This document shows positions 1 to 13,095 of a DNA stretch of 64,000 nucleotides, in pieces. The stretch lies in contig JAUCBJ010007338.1 in assembly GCA_032718475.1 (NCBI GenBank), positions 1 to 64,000 on the forward strand, given 5' to 3'. This DNA is from Nemertoderma westbladi (Eukaryota; Animalia; Xenacoelomorpha). The notes below the pieces were generated by a model. The model saw only the letters and a list, made by a program, of their open reading frames with translations. It had not been told where the DNA came from and did not search any database. Made by a program: the position numbers and the translations under genes. How positions within the stretch are numbered: position 1 is the first letter of the stretch; each line of letters starts with the position of its first letter.

Positions 1-3000
1 TGCACACGGACCCAAATGGTTGCAGATACTTTGCACACTGACCCAAGGGATGTCATATACTTTGCACACGGACCCAAAAGATGTCAGATACTTTGCACAC
101 GGACCCAAATGTTAGCAGATACTTTGCACACGGACCCAAATGGTTGCAGATACTTTGCACACTGACCCAAGGGATGTCATATACTTTGCACACGGACCCA
201 AAGGATGTCATATACTTTGCACACGGGCCCAAAGGATGTCAGATACTTTGCACACGGACCCAAAGGATGTCAGATACTTTCCACACTGACCCAAAAGATG
301 TAAGATAATTTGCACACGGACCCAAAGGATGTCATATACTTTGCACACGGACCCAAAAGATGTCAGATACTTTGCACACGGACCCAAATGTTAGCAGATA
401 CTTTGTACACGAACCCAAAGGATGTCAGATACTTTGCACACGGACCCAAAGGATGTCAGATACTTTCCACACTGACCCAAAATATGTAAAATAATTTGCA
501 CACGGACCCAAAGGATGTCATATACTTTGCACACGGACCCAAATATTGGCAGATACTTTGCACACGGACCCAAAGGATGTCAGATACTTTGCACACGGAC
601 CCAAATATTGGCAGATACTTTGAATACGGACCCAAATGTTGGCAGATACTTTGCACACGGACCCAAAGGATGTCAGATACTTTGCACACGGACCCAAAAG
701 ATGTCTGATACTTTGCACACGGACCCAAATGTTGGCAGATACTTTGAATACGGACCCAAATGTTGGCAGATACTTTGCACACGGACCCAAAGGATGTCAT
801 ATACTTTGCACACGGACCCAAAAGATGTCAGATAGTTTGCACTCGGACCCAAAGGATGTCAGATACTTTGCACACGGACCCAAATGGTTGCAGATACTTT
901 GCACACGGACCCAAAGGATGTCAGATACTTTGCACACGGACCCAAATGGTTGCAGATACTTTGCACACGGACCCAAAGGATGTCAGATACTTTGCACACG
1001 GACCCAAATGTTGGCAGATACTTTGCACACGGACCCAAAGGATGTCAGATACTTTGCACACGGACCCAAAAGATGTCTGATACTTTGCACACGGACCCAA
1101 ATGTTGGCAGATACTTTGAATACGGACCCAAATGTTGGCAGATACTTTGCACACGGACCCAAAGGATGTCATATACTTTCCACACAGACCCAAAAGATGT
1201 CAGATAATTTGCACACGGACCCAAATGGTTGCAGATACTTTGCACACGGACCCAAAGGATGTCAGATACTTTGCACACGAACCCAAAGGATGTCAGATAA
1301 TTTGCACACGGACCCAAAAGATGTCAGATACTTTGCACTCGGAACCAAAGGATGTCAGATACTTTGCACACGGACCCAAAGGATGTCAGATACTTTGCAC
1401 ACGGACCCAAATGGTTGCAGATACTTTGCACACGGACCCAAATGTTGGCAGATACTTTGTACACGAACCCAAAGGATGTCAGATACTTTGCACACGGACC
1501 CAAATGATGTCAGATACTTTGCACACGGACCCAAAGGATGTCAGATACTTTGCACACGGACCCAAAGGATGCCAGATACTTTGCACACGGACCCAAATGG
1601 TTGCAGATACTTTGCACACGGACCCAAAGGATGTCAGATACTTTGCACACGGACCCAAAGGATGTCAGATACTTTGCACACGGACCCAAATGGTTGCAGA
1701 TACTTTGCACACGGACCCAAATGTTGGCAGATACTTTGTACACGAACCCAAAGGATGTCAGATACTTTGCACACGGACCCAAAGGATGTCAGATACTTTC
1801 CACACGGACCCAAAAGATGTAAGATAATTTGCACACGGACCCAAATATTGGCAGATACTTTGCACACGGACCCAAAGGGTGTCATATACTTTGCACTCGG
1901 AACGAAAGGATGTCAGATACTTTGCACACGGACCCAAAGGATGTCAGATACTTTGCACACGGACCCAAATGGTTGCAGATACTTTGCACACTGACCCAAG
2001 GGATGTCATATACTTTGCACACGGACCCAAAGGATGTCATATACTTTGCACTCGGAACCAAAGGATGTCATATACTTTGCACACGGACCCAAAAGATGTC
2101 AAATACTTTGCACACGGACCCAAAGGATGTCAGATACTTTGCACACGGACCCAAATGTTGGCAGATACTTTGTACACGAACCCAAAGGATGTCAGATACT
2201 TTGCACACGGACCCAAAGGATGTCAGATACTTTGTACACGAACCCAAAGGATGTCAGATACTTTGCACACGGATCCCAAGGATGACATATACTTTGCACA
2301 CGGACCCAAATGGTTGCAGATACTTTGCACACTGACCCAAGGGATGTCATATACTTTGCACACGGACCCAAAGGATGTCATATACTTTGCACACGGACCC
2401 AAAGGATGTCAGATACTTTGCACACGGACCCAAATGTTGGCAGATACTTTGTACACGAACCCAAAGGATGTCAGATACTTTGCACACGGACCCAAAGGAT
2501 GTCAGATACTTTGCACACGGACCCAAATGTTGGCAGATACTTTGCACACGGACCCAAGGGATGTCATATACTTTGCATACGGACCCAAAGGGTGTAATAT
2601 ACTTTGCACTCGGAACCAAAGGATGTCAGATACTTTGCACACGGACCCAAATGTTGGCAGATACTTTGCACACGGACCCAAGGGATGTCATATACTTTGC
2701 ATACGGACCCAAAGGGTGTAATATACTTTGCACACGGACCCGAAGGATGTCAGATACTTTGCACACGGACCCAAATGGTTGCAGATACTTTGCACACGGA
2801 CCCAAAGGATGTCAGATACTTTGCACACGGACCCAAATGTTAGCAGATACTTTGCACACGGACCCAAACGATGTCATATACTTTGCACACGGACCCGAAG
2901 GATGTCAGATACTTTGCACACGGACCCAAATGGTTGCAGATACTTTGCACACTGACCCAAGGGATGTCATATACTTTGCACACGGACCCAAAGGATGTCA

Positions 3001-3817
3001 TATACTTTGCACACGGGCCCAAAGGATGTCAGATACTTTGCACACGGACCCAAAGGATGTCAGATACTTTCCACACTGACCCAAAAGATGTAAGATAATT
3101 TGCACACGGACCCAAAGGATGTCATATACTTTGCACACGGACCCAAAAGATGTCAGATACTTTGCACACGGACCCAAATGTTAGCAGATACTTTGTACAC
3201 GAACCCAAAGGATGTCAGATACTTTGCACACGGACCCAAAGGATGTCAGATACTTTCCACACTGACCCAAAAGATGTAAGATAATTTGCACACGGACCCA
3301 AAGGATGTTATATACTTTGCACACGGACCCAAATATTGGCAGATACTTTGCACACGGACCCAAAGGATGTCAGATACTTTGCACACGGACCCAAATGTTG
3401 GCAGATACTTTGAATACGGACCCAAATGTTGGCAGATACTTTGCACACGGACCCAAATGTTGGCAGATACTTTGAATACGGACCCAAATGGTTGCAGATA
3501 CTTTGCACACGGACCCAAAGGATGTCAGATACTTTGCACACGGACCCAAAAGATGTCTGATACTTTGCACACGGACCCAAATGTTGGCAGATACTTTGAA
3601 TACGGACCCAAATGTTGGCAGATACTTTGCACACGGACCCAAAGGATGTCATATACTTTGCACACGGACCCAAAAGATGTCAGATAGTTTGCACTCGGAC
3701 CCAAAGGATGTCAGATACTTTGCACACGGACCCAAAGGATGTCTTATACTTTGCACACGCACCCAAAGGATGTCATATACTTTGCACACGGACCCAAAGG
3801 ATGTCATATACTTTGCT
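1..3817. repeat. 31-bp tandem satellite (consensus ~TGCACACGGACCCAAAGGATGTCAGATACTT), runs off the window start
   Basis: Continuous 31-bp periodicity with a near-invariant core (ATACTTTGCACACGGACCCAAA) and a short variable segment; explains all HTDPKDVRYFAHGPK-type ORFs. Confidence 0.97.
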
Positions 3818-4035
3818 TCAATAACTTCAATTTTGAAAATGTCTTGGATTGGAATCTATCAAATGAAAGAAAAATGTATATTCATACAGTCATAATGAGG
3901 ATTAAAGATTAATATGAGAGAGAAGAGGAAGAATTTAATACACAAAGATAAACGGATAACTAATCAAGAACTATTTCCAAGTCCTTGATCGTATAATCTG
4001 TCATCAATTCAGTTGATATGAATAGAAAGAATCAT

Positions 4036-4567
4036 AACTACTGTATATTGTGGAAATTAGACGCAGTGTAGTCTTGTAGTAATTAGACAGTTGCGTTCTG
4101 TATATTGTGGTATTTAGACGTTAATGAAGTCTTGTGGTAACTAGACACTGAGTATTAATAACTACTGTATATTGTGGCAATTTACGCAGTGTAGTCTTTT
4201 GGTAATTATACACTTGAGTTCTATATATTGTGGTAATTAGACGCAGTGAAGTCTTGTGGTAATTAGACACTTGAGTTCTATATATTGTGGTAATTAGACG
4301 TTAGTGAAGTCTTGTGGTAATTAGACACTTGCGTTCTGTATATTGTGGTAATTAGACGTTGTTAGTGAAGTCTTGTGGTAATTAGACACTGAGTATTAAT
4401 AACTACTGTATATTGTGGTAATTAGACGCAGTGAAGTCTTGTGGTAATTAGACACTGAGTATTAATAACTACTGTATATTGTGGTAATTAGACGCAGTGA
4501 AGTCTTGTGGTAATTTAGACACTTGAGTTCTATATAATTGTGGTAATTAGACGTTAGTGAAGTCTTG
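4036..4567. repeat. Degenerate minisatellite built on TTGTGGTAATTAGAC with alternating linkers (~57-65-bp dimeric unit)
   Basis: TGTGGTAATTAGAC recurs every ~27-38 bp, followed alternately by GCAGTGAAGTC/GTTAGTGAAGTC or ACTTGAGTTCTATA/ACTGAGTATTAATAACTACTG. Confidence 0.85.
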
Positions 4568-5727
4568 ACTCTGCAGAAAGGGAGTAATTCCACTCCACCT
4601 TCTTATTGCTAATAGAATATGAACGAATGGTCTCACTCAATTATGTTCCGGATAAGTTGAATGAAAGAGATGAAAGGGATTCTGACTTTTAAGAATTGAA
4701 ATATAAATTGTCTAAACACTATTTTTTAAAATATACAAATAAATTTAAATATTGTATTCTTGATATCCATTATGTAATATTTTAATATGTAACAATGCAA
4801 TATTAACAGTATTGTTCATTGGCGCTAATGATACAAAAATATCTATCATTACGAAACAATTATTTTGGAAAAACAATGCTTTCAAAAAATTGATATATAC
4901 TGAATTTTTTCAAAACCACATAAACGCCAAATCAATTTTGTATACTTTAATTGTATTTTATCAAATCGGCAATATAAATTATAGTACACTGGGACTTGTT
5001 TGCATCTACTTCACTAATTTCAGATTTTAATAGGTGTTTTTTTTGGTTTATGAAATATGAGGTCAACGGCGTTTATGGGGTTATGAAAAAATACCGACGA
5101 TGTATGCTTTGTCGGTTTTTAATTTTAATTTAAATTTAATTTTAATGTAATGTAATTTTATTTTTATTTTTATAATTAATATGCACGAACTGTAAATTAA
5201 CTATAATTTTAACAATTTTACAAAGTTTACCTGAATACCATTATCTGTATTTTTATTATAAAAGTACTGTATATATAGGCCTACACTACTTATTAGTGTA
5301 CTTTGCCAGATATGTGTTCATTTTATTTTAATCTACTGTACATGTGCAAAAATTAATATTTTATTGTTATTCTGGCGATATTAATAACAGAACACAACAT
5401 AACTAACTTACTGTGTTGGCCTCCAGATCCCAACCGTTTGACTCTTGTCAGCTTCTAGTGCGGTTTTGTCACACGCTGTCCCGGCTGGTATCTTATAGTG
5501 CAGGTAGTGATGGACTGGCTCCTGGGTTCTGGCCATAGGCTGATAGGGGAGGGCGGGGCCCGTCTAATAACTAGAGTTTGTTTGACCTTAACGTTAATGG
5601 TCATAGTTATCTGATTGCACTGATACTGGTCAGCTGGTAGCACTGTGCAGCTGTGGGTGGGTTGGGTAGCGCAGTAGCGTGCCAGGGTCAGCGTGTGGCA
5701 ATTGTTACTGCATAAGCATACTGTGTT

Positions 5728-7073
5728 ATGGTCCTTGCGTCCGCGGTGTTATTATATTTTATACTTGTAATGGATCGACGAATATCTTCAGGTTTGGAAT
5801 CGGCATTATCGGTAGACAATCCGGACAGAACCGGATATTCTCTCAGCAAAACGCGGACATCTACTCAAACTCCACCACCAGAATACCGTTCCTCTAAAAA
5901 CACCGTTGAAAACTCCCAATCAACGCCAACGAAAAATCTCCATTCAACGGCATCGCCGAACCGAGATTCGACATCACAAAAATTTCAGGATTCACAATCT
6001 CCTACACCGCCGAAATACAGAGATTTAAATTCCCCGCCACTGCGGGATTCACCCTCGCCAAACTCCTCAATTCCAATTTCTCCCCTATCTAACCTGTGGG
6101 AATCCAACTCAGTTTCATCGGATGGCGACGATCAGATAAAAACAATCTACAACCCGTTTCAGTTAGTAGACAGTTCGGAACGACTCCTCATTAGCGACAA
6201 ACAGGAATTCTCTCGTCTGATTAGCTGCAATACACCGCCGCGACCGGTAAAAGTTCTATCGATATTTGGCAACACCGGCGACGGTAAGTCCCACACACTC
6301 AACCACTGTCTGTTTAACGGTGAGGAAGTGTTCCACACCAGTAGCGATCAACTCTCGTGCACCGTCGGTGTCTGGTGCTGCTACGATCCGGTTAGCAACC
6401 TTGCGGTGCTCGACACAGAGGGGTTGCTAGGGGTTACAACTAACAGCAACCAACGGACGCGGTTGCTACTTAAAGTCCTTGCCATTTCCGATATCATTGT
6501 TTACCGGACGCGGTCTGACCGTCTCCATAGCGACCTTTTCGGTTTCCTAGGTGATGCCTCTCTTGCCTATATGCGGCACTTCGCACCCGAACTGAAGGCT
6601 TTGGCGGATAAACATAACCTGGAGGGGCCGCTGTCGGTGTTGGGGCCCTCGGTTGTTGTGTTCCACGAAACGAGTCACACTAATGTACTGGGGGAGGAAG
6701 GAGAGGGGAACGTTGGAGGCGGAACGGGTGGGAAGGCAGGAGGAACGGGTGGGAAGGCAGGCGGATCTGGTGGGAAGGTAAGTGGAACGGGTGGGAACGC
6801 GACAGGAACGGGTGGGAACGCGATAGGAATGGGTGGGATGACAAGCGGAGCGGGTGAGGACGCGATAGGAACAGACAGACAGTTTCATACGATCAACCTT
6901 AAGGCCCCTGAGACCCAGCTACTGGAGCGGTTCGCCGATCTGGGCTACTCTCTGGAGGCCTTCAGTAGCGTCTCATACGTGGGAACGCGGACGCGGAACG
7001 CACCCACCGACTTCTCGGGCCTTCGGAACCTCGTTCTCCAACTCGCCGCTAATAACAGCGTACGAACCGCCAG
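5728..7073 (+). CDS. ZFYVE1: ZFYVE1/DFCP1 (double FYVE-containing protein 1), coding exon 1: Ser/Pro-rich N-terminus plus GBP/atlastin-like P-loop NTPase domain
   Basis: KVLSIFGNTGDGKSHTLNH P-loop, SCTVGVW, LDTEGLLG and RTRLLLKVLAISDIIVYRT motifs characteristic of ZFYVE1. Donor AG|GTCGGT at 7073/7074 is phase-compatible with exon 2. Start may be ATG 5728 or 5770. Confidence 0.9.
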
Positions 7074-7423
7074 GTCGGTATCTCAGTAGATACAATAATA
7101 TCCTCATATATTTTATCCTCTAGAATGGAAATAACTAATTAATAAATTAATACGTCTCAGATTTTATTTACGATTTCACTGCGAGGCGATTTATAAAGGA
7201 GAACTATAATCTTATCAGGCGTTCGATTATTTAATTAATTAATATTTAAATTTTTAATTAAAACAAAGGCTTAAAATAATTAAATGCTACTAGATTATCA
7301 ACCGTCTTATAATGTCACCGGCCGTATAAAGTTACACATTACAATTCCAAAACATTCCTTTTTGAGGCTCCGGTAAGGGTTTTATACTTAAAAATTTTTA
7401 TTCTTGTACTTTAACCTTTCTAG

Positions 7424-8543
7424 GTTTCCCTCGGTTATTTTCCAAGCTTTACAGCAACTAAACGATAAGTTTAGCGGCGATATAGACTCCCAGACAAGGA
7501 GCACCTTCCCCGAGGAGTACTTCACCTGCCAGACGCGCTGTCTCGCGTGCGACAGACCTTGCGCTCTCAGCATGAACCATCGCCTAGACGACGTGTCGCA
7601 TAGCAACCGCGACCGGTGTCGCTTCATCCACCAGTACAACAACCGGGTGTATCTATGCAACGGTTGCTACGGTAACGGTACCGAGAGTCTGGTGGTTCCC
7701 CGGACCAGCTCCAAGTCGGACGGCCAATGGCTTGGGTTGGCTATGTACGCCTGGTCCGGCTACGTTCTAGAATGCAGTAACTGCGGGATTATATACCGGT
7801 CGCGTCGCTACTGGTACGGGAACCCAGAGCCGCTAGAGGCGTCTGTTCGGGCGGACACGCGCCACGCGTGGGCCGACAGCGCCGAGTTCCCGGGGGCCGC
7901 GCAGAACGCGGCGCGGCAGCTGTTGGACGCGCTCCATACGGTGGTCGCGGAACCGAGCAGGGCCGTCGCTGATTGGCTGACGGATCGCGTGGCCCCCGTC
8001 TATTGGGTGCCTAACTCCGCTATACGCGGTTGTCAGCGTTGTGGCGCGCCGTTAAGCTCCGCCTCCGCGCGGCACCACTGCCGACGGTGCGGCGCGGGAT
8101 TCTGCGGCGAGTGTTCGGACTACCGGTGCGCGGTGCCGGAACGGGGGTGGGGCGAGGAACCAGTGCGAGTCTGTCGGGGTTGCTACGAGGTTGCTACGGG
8201 GACCGAGGTTGCCCGTAGCAACGCGCCCTCGGAGGTCGTTGACCCCCCGCCGACCGCTCGGAAGGTCACCGAGGTCGTCCAATCAGCGGTCTCCGCGGTG
8301 GCGGCCGTTATCGACTACCCCAAGGCGTATCTGGTGGACTCGGCCAGACCGGACTACTGGATCCCGGATGCCGAGGTCACAGACTGCCCCGGGTGCTCGG
8401 TTGCTATGGATACCGGGATGAAACACCATTGCCGCGCGTGCGGCGGCGTTTATTGCGACGGATGTACACGGGGTCGAACAGCTGTCCCAACCCGCGGGTG
8501 GGACTACCCAGTTCGGGTCTGCGATAAATGTTTATCTAAATAA
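7424..8543 (+). CDS. ZFYVE1: ZFYVE1/DFCP1 coding exon 2: Cys-rich region plus two FYVE zinc fingers
   Basis: Acceptor CCTTTCTAG| at 7423; the splice rebuilds an AGG codon (SVRTAR-FPSVIFQAL). Contains FPEEYFTC, YAWSGYVLEC, and two FYVE motifs (RHHCRRCG...RVC, KHHCRACG...RVC). Stop TAA at 8543. Confidence 0.93.
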
Positions 8544-8865
8544 CTTAGTTGTTATTTTAGTTCTATTTTATTATGATTAAGTAATTTCTATTTAATTTGA
8601 TGCAATGCGAACTGCACATTTTTTATTCGTGGTTTTTAACTGTAATATATTGCAATTATTGTTGTACCTATACTAAATAAATACAATATGATTTAAATTT
8701 AATACGAGTGGTTCCACATTTTATATGCTTTTTTTTCTATTTTGTTTGTATTGAAATATTTCGCCACTTAGCGAGGCAATTATGGGAAATGGTTATTAAA
8801 TATTTAATTAACACGTTAGCTGCGTCTCAGAACCACTGGTTCTTTATAACTGCGGTTTGTGCGCC

Positions 8866-11800
8866 GGTGAACCAACGGGCACCGAACTACCTAGGTTGTA
8901 TGAGATTGACACGCGGGTTGTAAGACCAACCAGCACCGAACTACCTAGGTTGTATGAGATTGATATGCGGGTTGTAAGACCAACTGGCAACGAACTACGT
9001 AGGTTCTATGAGATTGACATGCGGGTTGTAAGACCAACTGGCACCGAACTACGTAGGTTCTATGAGATTGACATGCGGGTTGTAAGACCAACTGGCACCG
9101 AACTACGTAGGTTCTATGATATTGACATGCGGGTTGTAAGACCAACCAGCACCGAACTACCTAGGTTGTATGAGATTGACATGCGGGTTGTAAGACCAAC
9201 TAGCACCGAACTACCTAGGTTGTATGATATTGACATGCGGGTTGTAAGACCAACCAGCACCGAACTACGTAGGTTGTATGAGATTGACACGCGGGTTGTA
9301 AGAACAACTGGCACCGAACTACCTAGGTTGTATGAGATTGACACGCGGGTTTTAAGACCAACCAGCACCGAACTACCTAGGCTGTATGAGATTGACATGC
9401 GGGTTGTAAGACCAACTGGCACCGAACTACGTAGGTTCTATGATATTGACATGCGGGTTGTAAGACCAACCAGCACCGAACTACCTAGGTTGTATGAGAT
9501 TGACATGCGGGTTGTAAGACCAACTGGCACCGAACTACGTAGGTTCTATGATATTGACATGCGGGTTGTAAGACCAACCAGCACCGAACTACCTAGGTTG
9601 TATGAGATTGACATGCGGGTTGTAAGACCAACTAGCACCGAACTACCTAGGTTGTATGATATTGACATGCGGGTTGTAAGACCAACCAGCACCGAACTAC
9701 GTAGGTTGTATGAGATTGACACGCGGGTTGTAAGAACAACTGGCACCGAACTACCTAGGTTGTATGAGATTGACACGCGGGTTGTAAGACCAACTGGCAC
9801 CGAACTACCTAGGTTGTATGAGATTGACACGCGGGTTGTAAGACCAACCAGCTCCGAACTACGTAGGTTCTATGAGATTGACATGCGGGTTGTAAGACCA
9901 ACTGGCACCGAACTACCTAGGTTGTATGAGATTGACACGCGGGTTGTAAGACCAACCAGCACCGAACTAACTAGGTTGTATGAGATTGACATGCGGGTTG
10001 TAAGACCAACTGGCACCGAACTAACTAGGTTGTATGAGATTGACATGCGGGTTGTAAGACCAACCAGCACCGAACTACCTAGGTTGTATGATATTGACAT
10101 GCGGGTTGTAAGACCAACCAGCTCCGAACTACGTAGGTTCTATGATATTGACATGCGGGTTGTAAGACCAACCAGCTCCGAACTACGTAGGTTCTATGAG
10201 ATTGACATGCGGGTTGTAAGACCAACCAGCTCCGAACTACGTAGGTTCTATGATATTGACATGCGGGTTGTAAGACCAACCAGCTCCGAACTACGTAGGT
10301 TCTATGATATTGACATGCGGGTTGTAAGACCAACCAGCTCCGAATTACGTAGGTTCTATGATATTGACATGCGGGTTGTAAGACCAACCAGCTCCGAACT
10401 ACGTAGGTTCTATGATATTGACATGCGGGTTGTAAGACCAACCAGCTCCGAACTACGTAGGTTCTATGATATTGACATGCGGGTTGTAAGACCAACCAGC
10501 TCCGAACTACGTAGGTTCTATGAGATTGACATGCGGGTTGTAAGACCAACCAGCTCAGAACTACCTAGGTTGTATGAGATTGACACGCGGGTTGTAAGAC
10601 CAACTGGCACCGAACTACCTAGGTTGTATGAGATTGACACGCGGGTTGTAAGACCAACCAGCACCGAACTACCTAGGCTGTATGAGATTGACACGCGGGT
10701 TGTAAGACCAACCAGCACCGAACTACCTAGGTTGTATGAGATTGACATGCGGGTTGTAAGACCAACCAGCACCGAACTACCTAGGTTGTATGAGATTGAC
10801 ACGCGGGTTGTAAGACCAACCAGCACCGAACTACCTAGGCTGTATGAGATTGACACGCGGGTTGTAAGACCAACCAGCACCGAACTACCTAGGTTGTATG
10901 AGATTGACACGTGGGTTGTAAGACCAACTGGCACCAAACTACATAGGTTGTATGAGATTGACACGCGGGTTGTAAGACCAACCAGCACCGAACTACCTAG
11001 GCTGTATGAGATTGACATGCGGGTTGTAAGACCAACTGGCACCGAACTACCTAGGTTGTATGAGATTGACACGCGGGTTGTAAGACCAACCAGCACCGAA
11101 CTACCTAGGTTGTATGAGATTGACATGCGGGTTGTAAGACCAACTGGCACCGAACTACCTAGGTTGTATGAGATTGACACGCGGGTTGTAAGACCAACCA
11201 GCACCGAACTACCTAGGTTGTATGAGATTGACACGCGGGTTGTAAGACCAACCAGCACCGAACTACCTAGGCTGTATGAGATTGACACGCGGGTTGTAAG
11301 ACCAACCAGCACCGAACTACCTAGGTTGTATGAGATTGACACGCGGGTTGTAAGACCAACCAGCACCGAACTACCTAGGTTGTATGAGATTGACATGCGG
11401 GTTGTAAGACCAACTGGCACCGAACTACCTAGGTTGTATGAGATTGACACGCGGGTTGTAAGACCAACCAGCACCGAACTACCTAGGTTGTATGAGATTG
11501 ACACGCGGGTTGTAAGACCAACCAGCACCGAACTACCTAGGCTGTATGAGATTGACACGCGGGTTGTAAGACCAACCAGCACCGAACTACCTAGGTTGTA
11601 TGAGATTAACATGCGGGTTGTAAGACCAACTGGCACCGAACTACCTAGGTTGTATGAGATTGACACGCGGGTTGTAAGACCAACCAGCACCGAACTACCT
11701 AGGTTGTATGAGATTGACATGCGGGTTGTAAGACCAACTGGCACCGAACTACTGTAACTAGGTTGTATGAGATTGACACGCGGGTTTTAAGACCAACCAG

Positions 11801-11876
11801 CACCGAACTACCTAGGTTGTATGAGATTGACACGCGGGTTGTATGACCAACCAGAACCGAACTAAATAGGTTGTTT
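8866..11876. repeat. 54-bp tandem satellite (~GACCAACCAGCACCGAACTACCTAGGTTGTATGAGATTGACACGCGGGTTGTAA), ~55 copies
   Basis: Homogeneous 54-bp period. The unit is a multiple of 3 with no stop in one frame, which gives the 966-aa pseudo-ORF. Confidence 0.97.
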
Positions 11877-12105
11877 AAGATTGATTTAATGCTGTCGTGT
11901 TGAAAATTTGTAGTCATCAATAAGACCAAAAGTTGAGATATTTTAGACACATTATCAGACACCATCAGTTCTCATCAGTCTCCTGCTAGAGGGCTACTAA
12001 ACAATAAATGTCATTCCATTTCTTTGAAACTTTGCAGATTTGTACTAAACAATTAGCTGTGACATTCAAAGGAGACTCGGCTCATCCGTCTGCAGTGTCT
12101 AGTCA
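11877..12105 (+). mobile_element. Dispersed non-autonomous element fragment, homologous in inverted orientation to 26845-27110
   Basis: TCATCAGTCTC..GCTAGAGGGCTAC, TTTGTACTA.ACAATTA.CTGTG.CATTCAAAGGAG and GGCTCATC.GTCTGCAGT match the reverse complement of 26855-27070. Confidence 0.7.
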
Positions 12106-12637
12106 ATTAACAATACCACTGTCATAGTACTGTAGTAGTCTTATAGTTGTATTGATAATTAGAATATACGAACTTAATATAATAATGAACCTTCACAACT
12201 CTTAAAATAATTACCCCAAAACAACTAATTTTACAATAATGAAAGAAACAACCAAACAAAAATGATTACCACGAAATTAATTTACGTACACTTATATAGT
12301 TCTAGAACTTTACATGTAGTTAGAAACTGTAACAATCGCCTAATCGACAAGGAAAATAAGGCGATTAAGTTGGTAGACTTAATTTGAAATCGCTCACGAA
12401 AGTCTTGGGATATTGGGCAAAGGAGCAAAACATTATCCCCTTGTCCTGGACTGACACATTACCGAGGCGTTCTGCTCCTCCGCCCATCTCAACCCGAGAC
12501 TGTGCGGGCTCAATACCACACGACTGAAGGCAGCACGAACATAATCTACTCATACTGTACTAACTAATCTACAATTAATTAATTCACAATGACTTTTGCG
12601 CGAGCCACGTAGTAGATGAAGCATTTATAAACTGACA

Positions 12638-12770
12638 TTGTGTGTGTGTGTATGGGGGGGGGGGGGGGGGGGGGGTGTCAATAAAGGGAAATACTTAACA
12701 CCAATTGTGTGTGTGTGTATGGGGGGGGGGGGGGGGGGGGGGTGTCAATAAAGGGAAATACTTAACACCA
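12638..12770. repeat. Tandem duplication (~67 bp x2) containing (TG)n and a ~22-nt poly-G
   Basis: TTGTGTGTGTGTGTATG(n)TGTCAATAAAGGGAAATACTTAACACCA occurs twice in succession. Confidence 0.85.
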
Positions 12771-12896
12771 CTTTCTACTAGTTGTTCAAATTAGCATGTA
12801 TAATTTTTCGATCGTGCAATTGCTGTACTAATGTGAGATCAATTTGAAATGGAATATAAAGAATAACTCAGTATCTTATGGCCCGAGCCCGACTTT

Positions 12897-13095
12897 TTAG
12901 GTCCGCTTAGCGAGACCTCTAGTATTCACTCCGTTATTAGGTCCGCTTAGCGAGACCTCTAGTATTCACTCCGTTATTAGGTCCACTTGGCGAGACCTCT
13001 AGTATTCACTCCGTTATTAGGTCCGCTTAGCGAGACCTCTAGTATTCACTCCGTTATTAGGTCCGCTTGGCGAGACCTCTAGTATTCACTCAGTT
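12897..13095. repeat. 40-bp tandem array, left part (AGGTCCGCTTAGCGAGACCTCTAGTATTCACTCCGTTATT)
   Basis: Five units, interrupted at CAGTTA by the LINE tail. Confidence 0.93.

Noticed and set aside
1-3817. CRISPR-like look of a conserved ~24-bp core plus a variable segment
   Set aside because: The variable part is only ~7 bp and recurs from a few variants; no unique spacers, no cas genes, eukaryotic context.
81-3895. Numerous ORFs (HTDPKDVRYFAHGPK...)
   Set aside because: Translations of the 31-bp satellite in all frames.
4036-4567. Repeat-spacer pattern around TGTGGTAATTAGAC
   Set aside because: The spacers are short and themselves repeated, so this is a dimeric minisatellite.
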